From the sequence record OQ427096.1: 64,000 nt of DNA; one strand, given 5' to 3'. The notes beneath the pieces were generated by a model. That model ran no database searches. It worked only from the letters and a program-made list of their open reading frames with translations, and was not told the DNA's origin. The position numbers were made by a program, and so were the translations under genes. Of the stretch, positions 10,010 through 16,631 are shown one piece after another (within the stretch, counting starts at the first letter, position 1; each line of letters opens with the position of its first letter).

Positions 10010-10300
10010 ATGACAATGAGCAATCTTGATCTTGTGAACGCCGCCATTGAAGCCGGCAAGCCCCTGTACGACGAATACTACAAGCTGCGCAACGTTGCAG
10101 ACCAGAAGCTGCAGGAAATCCTGGGTCTGGTAGAGTCTCTCAAGCTGGACCCTGAGGACAAGGATGATGAAGAAGAGATCATCGAGATCATCACTGACCT
10201 GGGTAGCCGCTTTGGTCATGCGTGGGAAGGTCATTGGGACGTCGGCGGTCAATGGGACGTTGGTGACGAAATCCAGTACTGGGAACCGAGCACCTGCTAA
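10010..10300 (+). CDS. Acidic protein, W-x-P-S-x-C family (3)
   Basis: Ends YWEPSTC*. Confidence 0.85.
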   Translation: MTMSNLDLVNAAIEAGKPLYDEYYKLRNVADQKLQEILGLVESLKLDPEDKDDEEEIIEIITDLGSRFGHAWEGHWDVGGQWDVGDEIQYWEPSTC

Positions 10301-10605
10301 TGAGCAAGAATGAAGAATTGATGAAGGAACTTTATGAGCGGACAAAACCGCTCAGGAAAGAGTTTGACACACTCAAGTTCGCTCTGGATAAGAAGCGTTA
10401 TGAGATCGCAGGTCTCATCAACACTCTCGAATTCGAGGAGATCTCTGAGGATGATGAAGAAGCTTACGAGTCTCTGATTGACAACATCGACAGCTTCATG
10501 AGCTCCTTGGACCTGACTTGGACTGGCGGACGCTATTTCGAGTGGGGCGACAAGGATTGGAACCCAGGTGAAGAAATTCACTACTGGGAACCGAGTAACT
10601 GCTGA
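10300..10605 (+). CDS. Acidic protein, W-x-P-S-x-C family (4)
   Basis: Ends YWEPSNC*; TAATG coupling. Confidence 0.85.
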   Translation: MSKNEELMKELYERTKPLRKEFDTLKFALDKKRYEIAGLINTLEFEEISEDDEEAYESLIDNIDSFMSSLDLTWTGGRYFEWGDKDWNPGEEIHYWEPSNC

Positions 10606-11087
10606 TGCACGTAATCAAGGCACCTGTTCGTATTCGCGGTCTACCGCAGCGACCAACTGTCTTTCTGGCTGGGTCCATTGATATGGGCTCAGCTGTTGAA
10701 TGGCAGACTCGCCTTGAACGCGAACTAGAATACTTCCCAGGCACGATCTACAATCCTCGTCGTGATGACTGGGACAGTTCGTGGCAGCAGACAGATAGTG
10801 ATCCTCAGTTCCGAAGCCAGGTTGATTGGGAGCTTGATTTCATCGAGCACTCCAACCATGTTTTCATGTTCATCTCTAAGGACAGCAAGGCTCCGATTTC
10901 TCTTTTGGAGTTTGGCTACATCGTTGGTGGTGAACAGAACCCGGACAAGCTATTCATCTGTGTCGAGGAAGGCTTCTATCGCCGCGGTAATATTGAAGTT
11001 GTCTGTCGTAGACAAGACATCAAGCTATACAGTAACCTCGACGAGGCAATCGAGGCATTCAAAATCAAACTGGCAAGTGATCTATGA
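10605..11087 (+). CDS. Nucleoside 2-deoxyribosyltransferase-like protein (Nuc_deoxyri_tr2 type)
   Basis: VFLAGSI..WQ..NPRRDDW..QVDWEL..APISLLEFG. Confidence 0.9.
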   Translation: MHVIKAPVRIRGLPQRPTVFLAGSIDMGSAVEWQTRLERELEYFPGTIYNPRRDDWDSSWQQTDSDPQFRSQVDWELDFIEHSNHVFMFISKDSKAPISLLEFGYIVGGEQNPDKLFICVEEGFYRRGNIEVVCRRQDIKLYSNLDEAIEAFKIKLASDL

Positions 11088-11536
11088 CTGAATTGTTCTA
11101 TCCCTCGAATCTCTCCAAGCCTATGCCTGTATTCCTTGGCGGTAGCACTGCAAAGGGCGACTGGCAGAAGAAGGTTGTGGCTGCATTCGAAGACACGCAT
11201 ATTCCCTTCATCAACACCAGTCGCCCTGATTGGGACGTCGTTGAACCGAACCGTGAACAAAAGAACGAACACATTGCGTGGGAATTCAATTGGCAGAAGC
11301 GAGTGCTCAATCACTTCATCTGCATCCCAGCAGATGCGAAGTCTCCTACAGTGATGCTGGAACTGGGACTTGCGATTTCGTGTCATGGTAACGCTGTGGT
11401 GTTCATTGATCCGGAGTACTCGCATTTCCACAATGCTCGTATCGCTTGTGAGACCTATGGTGTTCGTGTGTTCACCGACTTCGATGAAGCGGTAGAAAAG
11501 TTAAAGGACTTGTTCCTAACTTCTCGCCTATTCTGA
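11084..11536 (+). CDS. Second nucleoside 2-deoxyribosyltransferase-like paralog
   Basis: VFLGGS..WQ..RPDW..WEF..SPTVMLELG. Confidence 0.8.
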   Translation: MTELFYPSNLSKPMPVFLGGSTAKGDWQKKVVAAFEDTHIPFINTSRPDWDVVEPNREQKNEHIAWEFNWQKRVLNHFICIPADAKSPTVMLELGLAISCHGNAVVFIDPEYSHFHNARIACETYGVRVFTDFDEAVEKLKDLFLTSRLF

Positions 11537-11558
11537 GAAAAACGGCATAAATACTCAT

Positions 11559-11678
11559 ATGAAAACAATTCTCCTCACATCGAAAAATTGGCATCAGGTT
11601 GCAGCTCTAGCTGTCAAGCCCGCCGACGAACGATATGTGGCTGGATTTGATTTGAATACTGGGTACGGAATGAGTTGA
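11559..11678 (+). CDS. Small hypothetical protein (39 aa)
   Basis: ORF between CATAAATA (11546-11553) and a strong terminator. Confidence 0.45.
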   Translation: MKTILLTSKNWHQVAALAVKPADERYVAGFDLNTGYGMS

Positions 11679-11706
11679 AAGATTGATTTTCAACTTGGCT
11701 TTCTGG

Positions 11707-11737
11707 ACCCAGGAACTGAAAAGTTTCTGGGTTTTTA
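11707..11737 (+). terminator. Rho-independent terminator
   Basis: ACCCAGGAACT-GAAA-AGTTTCTGGGT followed by TTTT. Confidence 0.85.
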
Positions 11738-11950
11738 CTTAGTGGTGCGAAAAGGTTGATAAGAAAGGCTGTCCATGTAGCATATGGTTTCAGGACTTTT
11801 AAACATTGACGCGCCGAGGAGCTTATGTGAAGAACTTGTACTTGACGGTAACAAACTTTCTGTTAGGCTTTGGCACGTTGCAGCCGTTTTGGGCGACGAG
11901 TTACCTACTGATGAAGTTAGGAACCGTTTCAGGAAACATGTAAGAAAAGG

Positions 11951-11978
11951 TTGTGTAGAAAACAGTTTGATGTAAACT
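11951..11978 (+). promoter_or_regulatory. Promoter of the tRNA operon
   Basis: TTGTGT-N16-TAAACT; near-identical block repeated at 13849. Confidence 0.7.
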
Positions 11979-12051
11979 ACGCAACATGAAGTAACAGGCG
12001 CGCAGCAACGAAGCTGACGCGACGTTCTTTAAAAACAAAGATTCAAGTTAT

Positions 12052-12127
12052 ACGTCGTTAGTTCAATTGGCAGAACACCAGCCTCCAAAGCTGGGTGTTG
12101 AGGGTTCGAGTCCTTCACGGCGTGCCA
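12052..12127 (+). tRNA. tRNA-Trp(CCA)
   Basis: Cloverleaf, loop CT-CCA-AA, encoded CCA. Confidence 0.95.
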
Positions 12128-12135
12128 AGTTTTAT

Positions 12136-12211
12136 GTCTGGGTAGCAAAACGGCAAATGCGCTGGCCTGCAAAGCCATGAGGTGCGAGTTCGATTCTCGC
12201 CTCAGACTCCA
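12136..12211 (+). tRNA. tRNA-Cys(GCA)
   Basis: Cloverleaf, U73, CCA. Confidence 0.93.
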
Positions 12212-12221
12212 AGTTTTATAT

Positions 12222-12299
12222 CTGTGTGTAGCTCAGTCTGGTTAGAGTACTCGCTTTGGAAGCGAGTGGTCGTTGGTTCGAATCCAACCACGCAGACCA
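12222..12299 (+). tRNA. tRNA-Pro(TGG)
   Basis: Cloverleaf, C1-G72, A73. Confidence 0.95.
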
Positions 12300-12307
12300 A
12301 GTTTTAT

Positions 12308-12401
12308 CCCGTTGTATCCCCAGACGCTACGAACGTCTACAAAGGTAACTGGAGTGGTGTCAAAAGCACTGATGCAGGTTCGAATCCTGTCGACGGGTCC
12401 A
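12308..12401 (+). tRNA. Non-canonical tRNA-Arg(ACG)-like RNA, rearranged D/anticodon region
   Basis: Acceptor CCCGTTG/CGACGGG+T+CCA and T-arm GGTTCGAATCC intact; AGACG-CTACGAA-CGTCT hairpin follows the acceptor directly. Confidence 0.7.
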
Positions 12402-12496
12402 AACAGTTCTCGGACTTAAACCGAGTGGTGGAGGATAAACTGAGAAATCAGTGAATCCCTTGACGAGATGGAGTCATTAACTCGATCGAGAATTTT

Positions 12497-12571
12497 GGGC
12501 TGCTCGTATAATGAGTATTACACCTGCCTTGCACGCAGGGAATCGGAGTTTGATTCTCCGGCGGTCCACCA
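12497..12571 (+). tRNA. tRNA-Ala(TGC), atypical
   Basis: G3-U70, loop CT-TGC-AC, T-loop TTTGATT. Confidence 0.85.
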
Positions 12572-12577
12572 AAACTT

Positions 12578-12653
12578 GGGGCCTTAGCTCAGATGGGAGA
12601 GCAGGTGCTTTGCAAGCATCAGGTCATCGGTTCGATCCCGATAGGCTCCACCA
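12578..12653 (+). tRNA. tRNA-Ala(TGC)
   Basis: Canonical, G3-U70. Confidence 0.96.
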
Positions 12654-12664
12654 AGTTTAGATAT

Positions 12665-12749
12665 GCCCTGTTGGTGGAATTGGTAGACACGCATCCTTGA
12701 GGTGGATGTGCTGAAAGGCGTGAGGGTTCGAGTCCCTTGCAGGGTACCA
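12665..12749 (+). tRNA. tRNA-Leu(GAG)
   Basis: Type II cloverleaf. Confidence 0.95.
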
Positions 12750-12776
12750 AACAAGACTGTTCAATCAGTCGAACGA

Positions 12777-12855
12777 GTTGGAAGGTCGGGTTCGAATCCC
12801 GAAGTGATGACGTCCGGATTAGGTCATCATTTGGTGTAGTGGGCAGCACGCCGAT
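12777..12855 (+). ncRNA. Circularly permuted tRNA-like module (Y RNA/YrlA-like)
   Basis: Order is T-arm (TCGGG-TTCGAAT-CCCGA), loop-closed 9-bp acceptor-like stem, D-arm, closing stem GTTGG/CCGAT. Confidence 0.6.
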
Positions 12856-13063
12856 ACATTAAAAGGTTGCGCAGAAGTGTGCTTCATTTAGACTGTGAAC
12901 ACAGTCAGGCAAGTCGATCAAAAGACGCGCCGACAAGCCCGAAGCGAGTTCTTCGGCTAAGAAGGAAAGACATCGTTTCCTACTTGTAACGACAAGTCCT
13001 TAGAGGATGAAGTCTCCGTTAGTCGGACGCCTGAGAGTGGCGAAAAGGATTCTTCGGTATTTC

Positions 13064-13137
13064 GGGTTGCAAGCATTAAGGTGATGCAGGAGGCTTTTAA
13101 CCTTCAGAACAGGGATCGTTACCCTGGCGACCCACCA
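13064..13137 (+). tRNA. tRNA-Lys(TTT)
   Basis: Loop CT-TTT-AA; T-loop ATCGTTA. Confidence 0.88.
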
Positions 13138-13145
13138 AGTTTTAA

Positions 13146-13221
13146 GCCCCGTTGGCTCAATTGGCAGAGCAGCTGTTTTGTAATCAGCAGGTTGGGAGTT
13201 CGAGTCTCTCACGGGGCACCA
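13146..13221 (+). tRNA. tRNA-Thr(TGT)
   Basis: Cloverleaf, CCA. Confidence 0.93.
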
Positions 13222-13229
13222 AGTTTTAA

Positions 13230-13303
13230 GCGGGTATGGTATAGTGGTTGTGCCCTAGCCTTCCAAGCTAGAGAGACGAGTTCGATCCTCGTTACCCGCT
13301 CCA
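13230..13303 (+). tRNA. tRNA-Gly(TCC)
   Basis: Cloverleaf, U73. Confidence 0.95.
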
Positions 13304-13314
13304 AGTTTTACGAT

Positions 13315-13392
13315 GCATCTGTCTGCTAATTGGAATAGGCAACGATCCTTTCAAGTTCGGGAATGCGGGTTCGAGTCCCGTCAGATGCTCCA
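13315..13392 (+). tRNA. tRNA-Glu(TTC), atypical
   Basis: Loop CT-TTC-AA, one stem mismatch, U73. Confidence 0.82.
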
Positions 13393-13398
13393 AGTTTT

Positions 13399-13473
13399 GC
13401 TCCACTCGTCTAGTGGCTAGGATGACACCCTTTCAAGGTGTAGAAGAGGGATCGAAACCCTCGTGGAGTGCCA
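13399..13473 (+). tRNA. tRNA-Glu(TTC)
   Basis: Cloverleaf, G73. Confidence 0.93.
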
Positions 13474-13479
13474 AATTAT

Positions 13480-13556
13480 GCGTCTGTAGCTCAACAGGAT
13501 AGAGCATCCGGCTTCTACCCGGATGGCTGAGGGTTCGAGTCCTTCCAGGCGCGCCA
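13480..13556 (+). tRNA. tRNA-Arg(TCT)
   Basis: Cloverleaf, CCA. Confidence 0.95.
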
Positions 13557-13566
13557 AGTTTCAAAT

Positions 13567-13652
13567 GGATAGGTGGGCGAGTGGTTTATGCCAGCAGACT
13601 GTAAATCTGCCGCTTAATTGCATCGTTGGTTCGAATCCAACCCTATCCACCA
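13567..13652 (+). tRNA. tRNA-Tyr(GTA)
   Basis: Canonical type II. Confidence 0.96.
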
Positions 13653-13659
13653 AGTTTAT

Positions 13660-13750
13660 GTGTCTGCTGTCGGGTTGGAGGACGGCACCGGGCTGTAACC
13701 CCGGATCCTCAAAAGGGACGTAGTAGGTTCGAATCCTACCAGGCACACCA
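13660..13750 (+). tRNA. tRNA-Tyr(GTA), atypical D-arm
   Basis: No U8; extended D-stem CTGTC/GACGG; long variable arm. Confidence 0.8.
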
Positions 13751-13758
13751 AGTTATAT

Positions 13759-13834
13759 GGTTCCTTAGCTCAGTTGGTAGAGCAACGCTTTTACAAGGCG
13801 AAGGTCGTGGGTTCAAGTCCCTCAGGAACTACCA
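13759..13834 (+). tRNA. tRNA-Val(TAC)
   Basis: Cloverleaf, CCA. Confidence 0.92.
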
Positions 13835-13848
13835 AACGTTGAAACAGG

Positions 13849-13876
13849 TTGTGTAGAAAACAGCTTGGTATACAAT
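13849..13876 (+). promoter_or_regulatory. Promoter of the large ncRNA
   Basis: TTGTGT-N16-TACAAT; paralog of the 11951 block. Confidence 0.75.
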
Positions 13877-13884
13877 AAGCAACA

Positions 13885-14795
13885 TGAAGCAACGTCCAGA
13901 CCACTGAAGAGTCGCCGGGACGATAAACAAAGGCACGAAACGTCGAGAGGCACAAAACATTAGCCTCGTGAGACGTCTGGTCTAGCAACTCAATTGTCGA
14001 AAGGCGATTGTTTAGGAATACGGTACAGTGATGTGCCTAATGGATTAAACGCCCACAAGCGGTCCGCCAGAGATGGTTCCTCTAGAACAAGTCGACATAG
14101 TGCAGCCGAAAGGTTGGCGTCTAGTATCCCTAGGCGATATGTGGAGGCTCAGTGAGACACGAGATTCAGGTCCAATGCCGAATGGTGAGGATTTGATCGT
14201 TTAGCGACGGTAGTGTTTCGGCTTAGCGGCAACTGACTCCAAGGACATTGAATCGGCAGGTACGTAGTTCAAGCCTTAGCGGGTAAGGGCGAGTATCAGG
14301 TCAGACGGACTAATGTTCGTACTGTATCACTCGGACGTAGGCTTAGCGGCTGAAACGAGAGGAGGTCGGGTAAGAAGCTGTCGCCCAAAAGGCTATGGAC
14401 TTACGAACCTGCTCGACCTTAGTGGGCTTTCAACTTTGACGGTTAATCAAAACTACGAAAAACGCAAAGTCAGGTTCGGTCGTAAGTGAAAGTGGCTTAA
14501 TCGTTGACACGAAAGTGAATCAACGCAATTTGAGGCTCGCAAGGCTGATGATTGTCTATCAGGAAGTGCACCTAAGAGGAAGCCCCTCTGAATGGCTCGC
14601 AAGGTCAAGGGAAACGGGAAGGTAGAGTAGCTTACGATGACAGAGGAAACGCCACCTCTTTAAACTAGGCAGCCATGACGGTTAACAATGATGCATCGAA
14701 AGATGGTTGTTGTGGAAAAGTTGGGAAGGGCTCCGCAAGAGCTGATAATCCAAACGAATGAATCGTCTCGTCAGACTGTATTCTCAGGTCGACAC
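13885..14795 (+). ncRNA. Large structured ncRNA, GOLLD-like
   Basis: ~0.9 kb without a convincing ORF inside a tRNA array; long helix 14399-14411/14471-14487; repeated CTTAGCGG and GGCTCGCAAGG hairpins; 3' GTATTCTCAG. Confidence 0.7.
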
Positions 14796-14858
14796 TTTGT
14801 TTCAAGGAGTTGTATTCCTCAAACGCTTCAATTGAAGTTTTTGCGAAATGCAATTTTT

Positions 14859-14936
14859 GGTCCCATAGTTTACGATTGGTTAGAACTCCCGCCTCTCAAG
14901 CGGAAGAATCGGGTTCGACTCCCGATGGGACTGCCA
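14859..14936 (+). tRNA. tRNA-Glu(CTC)
   Basis: Cloverleaf, G73. Confidence 0.93.
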
Positions 14937-14944
14937 AGTTTTAT

Positions 14945-15148
14945 ACGCGTGTAGCTCAGTGGCGACGATAAGTTCAAAGACGGTAGGCATACTGTCACGC
15001 AGAGCGAGTCGAGGATTGGCGATACGACTGTGACGATACGAAGGTGGAGCTCGAGATCCTAGCTCCGACAATAACGGTACGGTCAACATTCGAGAGCGCC
15101 GGGTAGATAACCCGGAGGTCAGTGGTTCGATTCCATTTTCGCGTACCA
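14945..15148 (+). tRNA. tRNA-Ile(GAT)-like RNA with ~125-nt insertion in the D-loop
   Basis: D-stem GCTC (14954-57)/GAGC (15094-97) separated by 136 nt; anticodon arm CCGGG-TAGATAA-CCCGG; T-arm; ACCA. Confidence 0.72.
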
Positions 15149-15176
15149 TATAAGTAGAGTAGTACAAAAGTTTTAT

Positions 15177-15253
15177 CCGGGTTTAGCTCAGTCTGGCAGA
15201 GCACGCCGTTTGGGGCGGTGAGGTCGTAGGTTCGAACCCTGCAACCCGGACCA
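15177..15253 (+). tRNA. tRNA-Pro(TGG), second copy
   Basis: Cloverleaf, C1-G72, A73. Confidence 0.93.
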
Positions 15254-15267
15254 ATTAGAGAAGTGTT

Positions 15268-15507
15268 ATGGAAACTTTAGAAACGAAAGTGACACGTCTA
15301 GGCAATGGGCTTTATGGATGCAGGATCATCAGGTCAGCTGACAAGAAGCCAATTGTTGAATTAAGAGTTGAAAAGTCTCAGATTAGGAATGCTATGTTTG
15401 ATATGCTCCGAACTCTAGACAAGCTGGGATATGATAGTCCTATGGCACATGCTTCGCGACATCGCGGTAAGGCTTGTGTCACAGACTCGAAATATATCTG
15501 GCATTGA
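15268..15507 (+). CDS. Hypothetical protein within tRNA array
   Basis: ORF fills the gap between two tRNAs. Confidence 0.7.
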   Translation: METLETKVTRLGNGLYGCRIIRSADKKPIVELRVEKSQIRNAMFDMLRTLDKLGYDSPMAHASRHRGKACVTDSKYIWH

Positions 15508-15512
15508 TTTAT

Positions 15513-15598
15513 TCTGGACGCGCCTAATGGGGAGGCACCGGGCTGTTAACCCGGCGATAGAAATATCCGACACGGTTCGATTCCGTGGTCCAGAGCCA
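15513..15598 (+). tRNA. tRNA-Asn(GTT) with long variable arm
   Basis: Loop CT-GTT-AA; GATA-GAAA-TATC extra arm; G73. Confidence 0.85.
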
Positions 15599-15604
15599 AG
15601 ATAT

Positions 15605-15680
15605 GGATTACAGGCCAACTGGTGTAGGCATGCAGCTGTTAACTGCAGATTGTTGAGTTCGATTCTCAAGTAGTCCTCCA
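15605..15680 (+). tRNA. tRNA-Asn(GTT), U73
   Basis: Cloverleaf with atypical discriminator. Confidence 0.85.
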
Positions 15681-15688
15681 AAACAAAC

Positions 15689-15763
15689 GGTCTATTAGTC
15701 TATGGGTTAAGATGCTGGCCTGTCACGCCGGCGTAACGAGTTCGAGCCTCGTATAGACCGCCA
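15689..15763 (+). tRNA. tRNA-Asp(GTC)
   Basis: Cloverleaf, G73. Confidence 0.93.
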
Positions 15764-15770
15764 AACAAAT

Positions 15771-15850
15771 CGGGATAGGGACTGCTAGGTGTGGTCGCCG
15801 GACTGTCAATCCGGAGAGTCAGACGGATTCGAATTCCGTTATCCCGACCA
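15771..15850 (+). tRNA. tRNA-Asp(GTC), atypical (C1-G72, A73)
   Basis: Loop CT-GTC-AA; Pro-like acceptor end. Confidence 0.82.
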
Positions 15851-15857
15851 AGTCAGT

Positions 15858-15930
15858 GGCGTCCTCTTCGGAGATAGTGAAGTGAGGTAAAGTACTCAAT
15901 GCTCACGGAACGAATAATCAGACGCCTCCA
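15858..15930 (+). ncRNA. CCA-terminated mini-RNA 1
   Basis: GGCGTC/GACGCC stem + T + CCA; internal hairpins; no T-loop. Confidence 0.5.
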
Positions 15931-15943
15931 AAATTGAGAATGA

Positions 15944-16017
15944 TGCGCGGTCGTATAACGGCAGTATACTGGGCTCATAACCCGGAGATGGAGGTTCGAT
16001 TCCTCCCTGCGCTACCA
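15944..16017 (+). tRNA. Initiator tRNA-fMet(CAT)
   Basis: 1:72 mismatch, three G-C pairs in anticodon stem. Confidence 0.9.
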
Positions 16018-16042
16018 AATGGTCAGGCTCATGACCTAACTC

Positions 16043-16100
16043 TGTGAGTATGATAAGCTTTCATGAGGCTGTCGGGACTTAACTGTTCAACTCACAACCA
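16043..16100 (+). ncRNA. CCA-terminated mini-RNA 2
   Basis: Perfect 7-bp TGTGAGT/ACTCACA + A + CCA; 58 nt. Confidence 0.55.
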
Positions 16101-16106
16101 ATCAAC

Positions 16107-16182
16107 GGGTCCGAAGCTCAAATGGCAGAGCAACTGGTTCTTACCCAGTAGGAAGTCGGTTCGATCCCGACCGGACCCACCA
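16107..16182 (+). tRNA. tRNA-Lys(CTT)
   Basis: Cloverleaf, CCA. Confidence 0.93.
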
Positions 16183-16188
16183 AACTAT

Positions 16189-16228
16189 GCGCTCGAGCAG
16201 CCGAAAGGAAGTAGCCGAGGGCGCACCA
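16189..16228 (+). ncRNA. CCA-terminated mini-RNA 3 (40-nt minihelix)
   Basis: GCGCTC/GGGCGC + A + CCA, capped by CC-GAAA-GG. Confidence 0.5.
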
Positions 16229-16234
16229 AACAAT

Positions 16235-16323
16235 GGACTCGTTCCCGTAGTTGGTCGAACGGAGCGGACTCTTAATCCGACGGCGAAAGCCCATCGCAGG
16301 TTCGAATCCTGCCGGGTCCACCA
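16235..16323 (+). tRNA. tRNA-Lys(CTT) with long variable arm
   Basis: Loop CT-CTT-AA; GGC-GAAA-GCC extra arm; Tyr/Leu-like D-arm. Confidence 0.85.
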
Positions 16324-16336
16324 AAATGAGATAGAT

Positions 16337-16615
16337 ATGCCGAAGTACAATTTCAAGTGTAGCGAATGTGAGCACCGCGGTGATGTCTGGACCGGCGATA
16401 CTGAAAAGGTCGACGTGGACTACAAAGACGTAGAGTGCCCTGGTTGTGGAAAAAAGACCTACAACTATGCTCCTTGGGATTCAGGTGCTACATCTCAGTC
16501 ATGGGGCCATGTGAAGCCTACAACGCTAGGAAGGCAGAAGGCTCCTCAGGATTTTAGAAACTTCCTGACACAGATTAAGAAGGCACATCCAGGTTCAACA
16601 ATCCGCGATCATTGA
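16337..16615 (+). CDS. FmdB-like zinc-ribbon protein
   Basis: MPKYNFKCSEC..CPGCG. Confidence 0.8.
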   Translation: MPKYNFKCSECEHRGDVWTGDTEKVDVDYKDVECPGCGKKTYNYAPWDSGATSQSWGHVKPTTLGRQKAPQDFRNFLTQIKKAHPGSTIRDH

Positions 16616-16631
16616 TCAAAAAGGTGTTGCG

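Noticed and set aside
11784-11975. 63-aa ORF upstream of the tRNA operon
   Set aside because: Weak RBS, overlaps the tRNA promoter, no recognisable motif
12405-12430. Ochre-suppressor tRNA (TTA loop)
   Set aside because: Isolated hairpin without D-arm, T-arm or CCA
14665-14954. ORFs within the 13.9-14.9 kb region
   Set aside because: Short, lack phage codon bias and overlap RNA helices or tRNA-Glu
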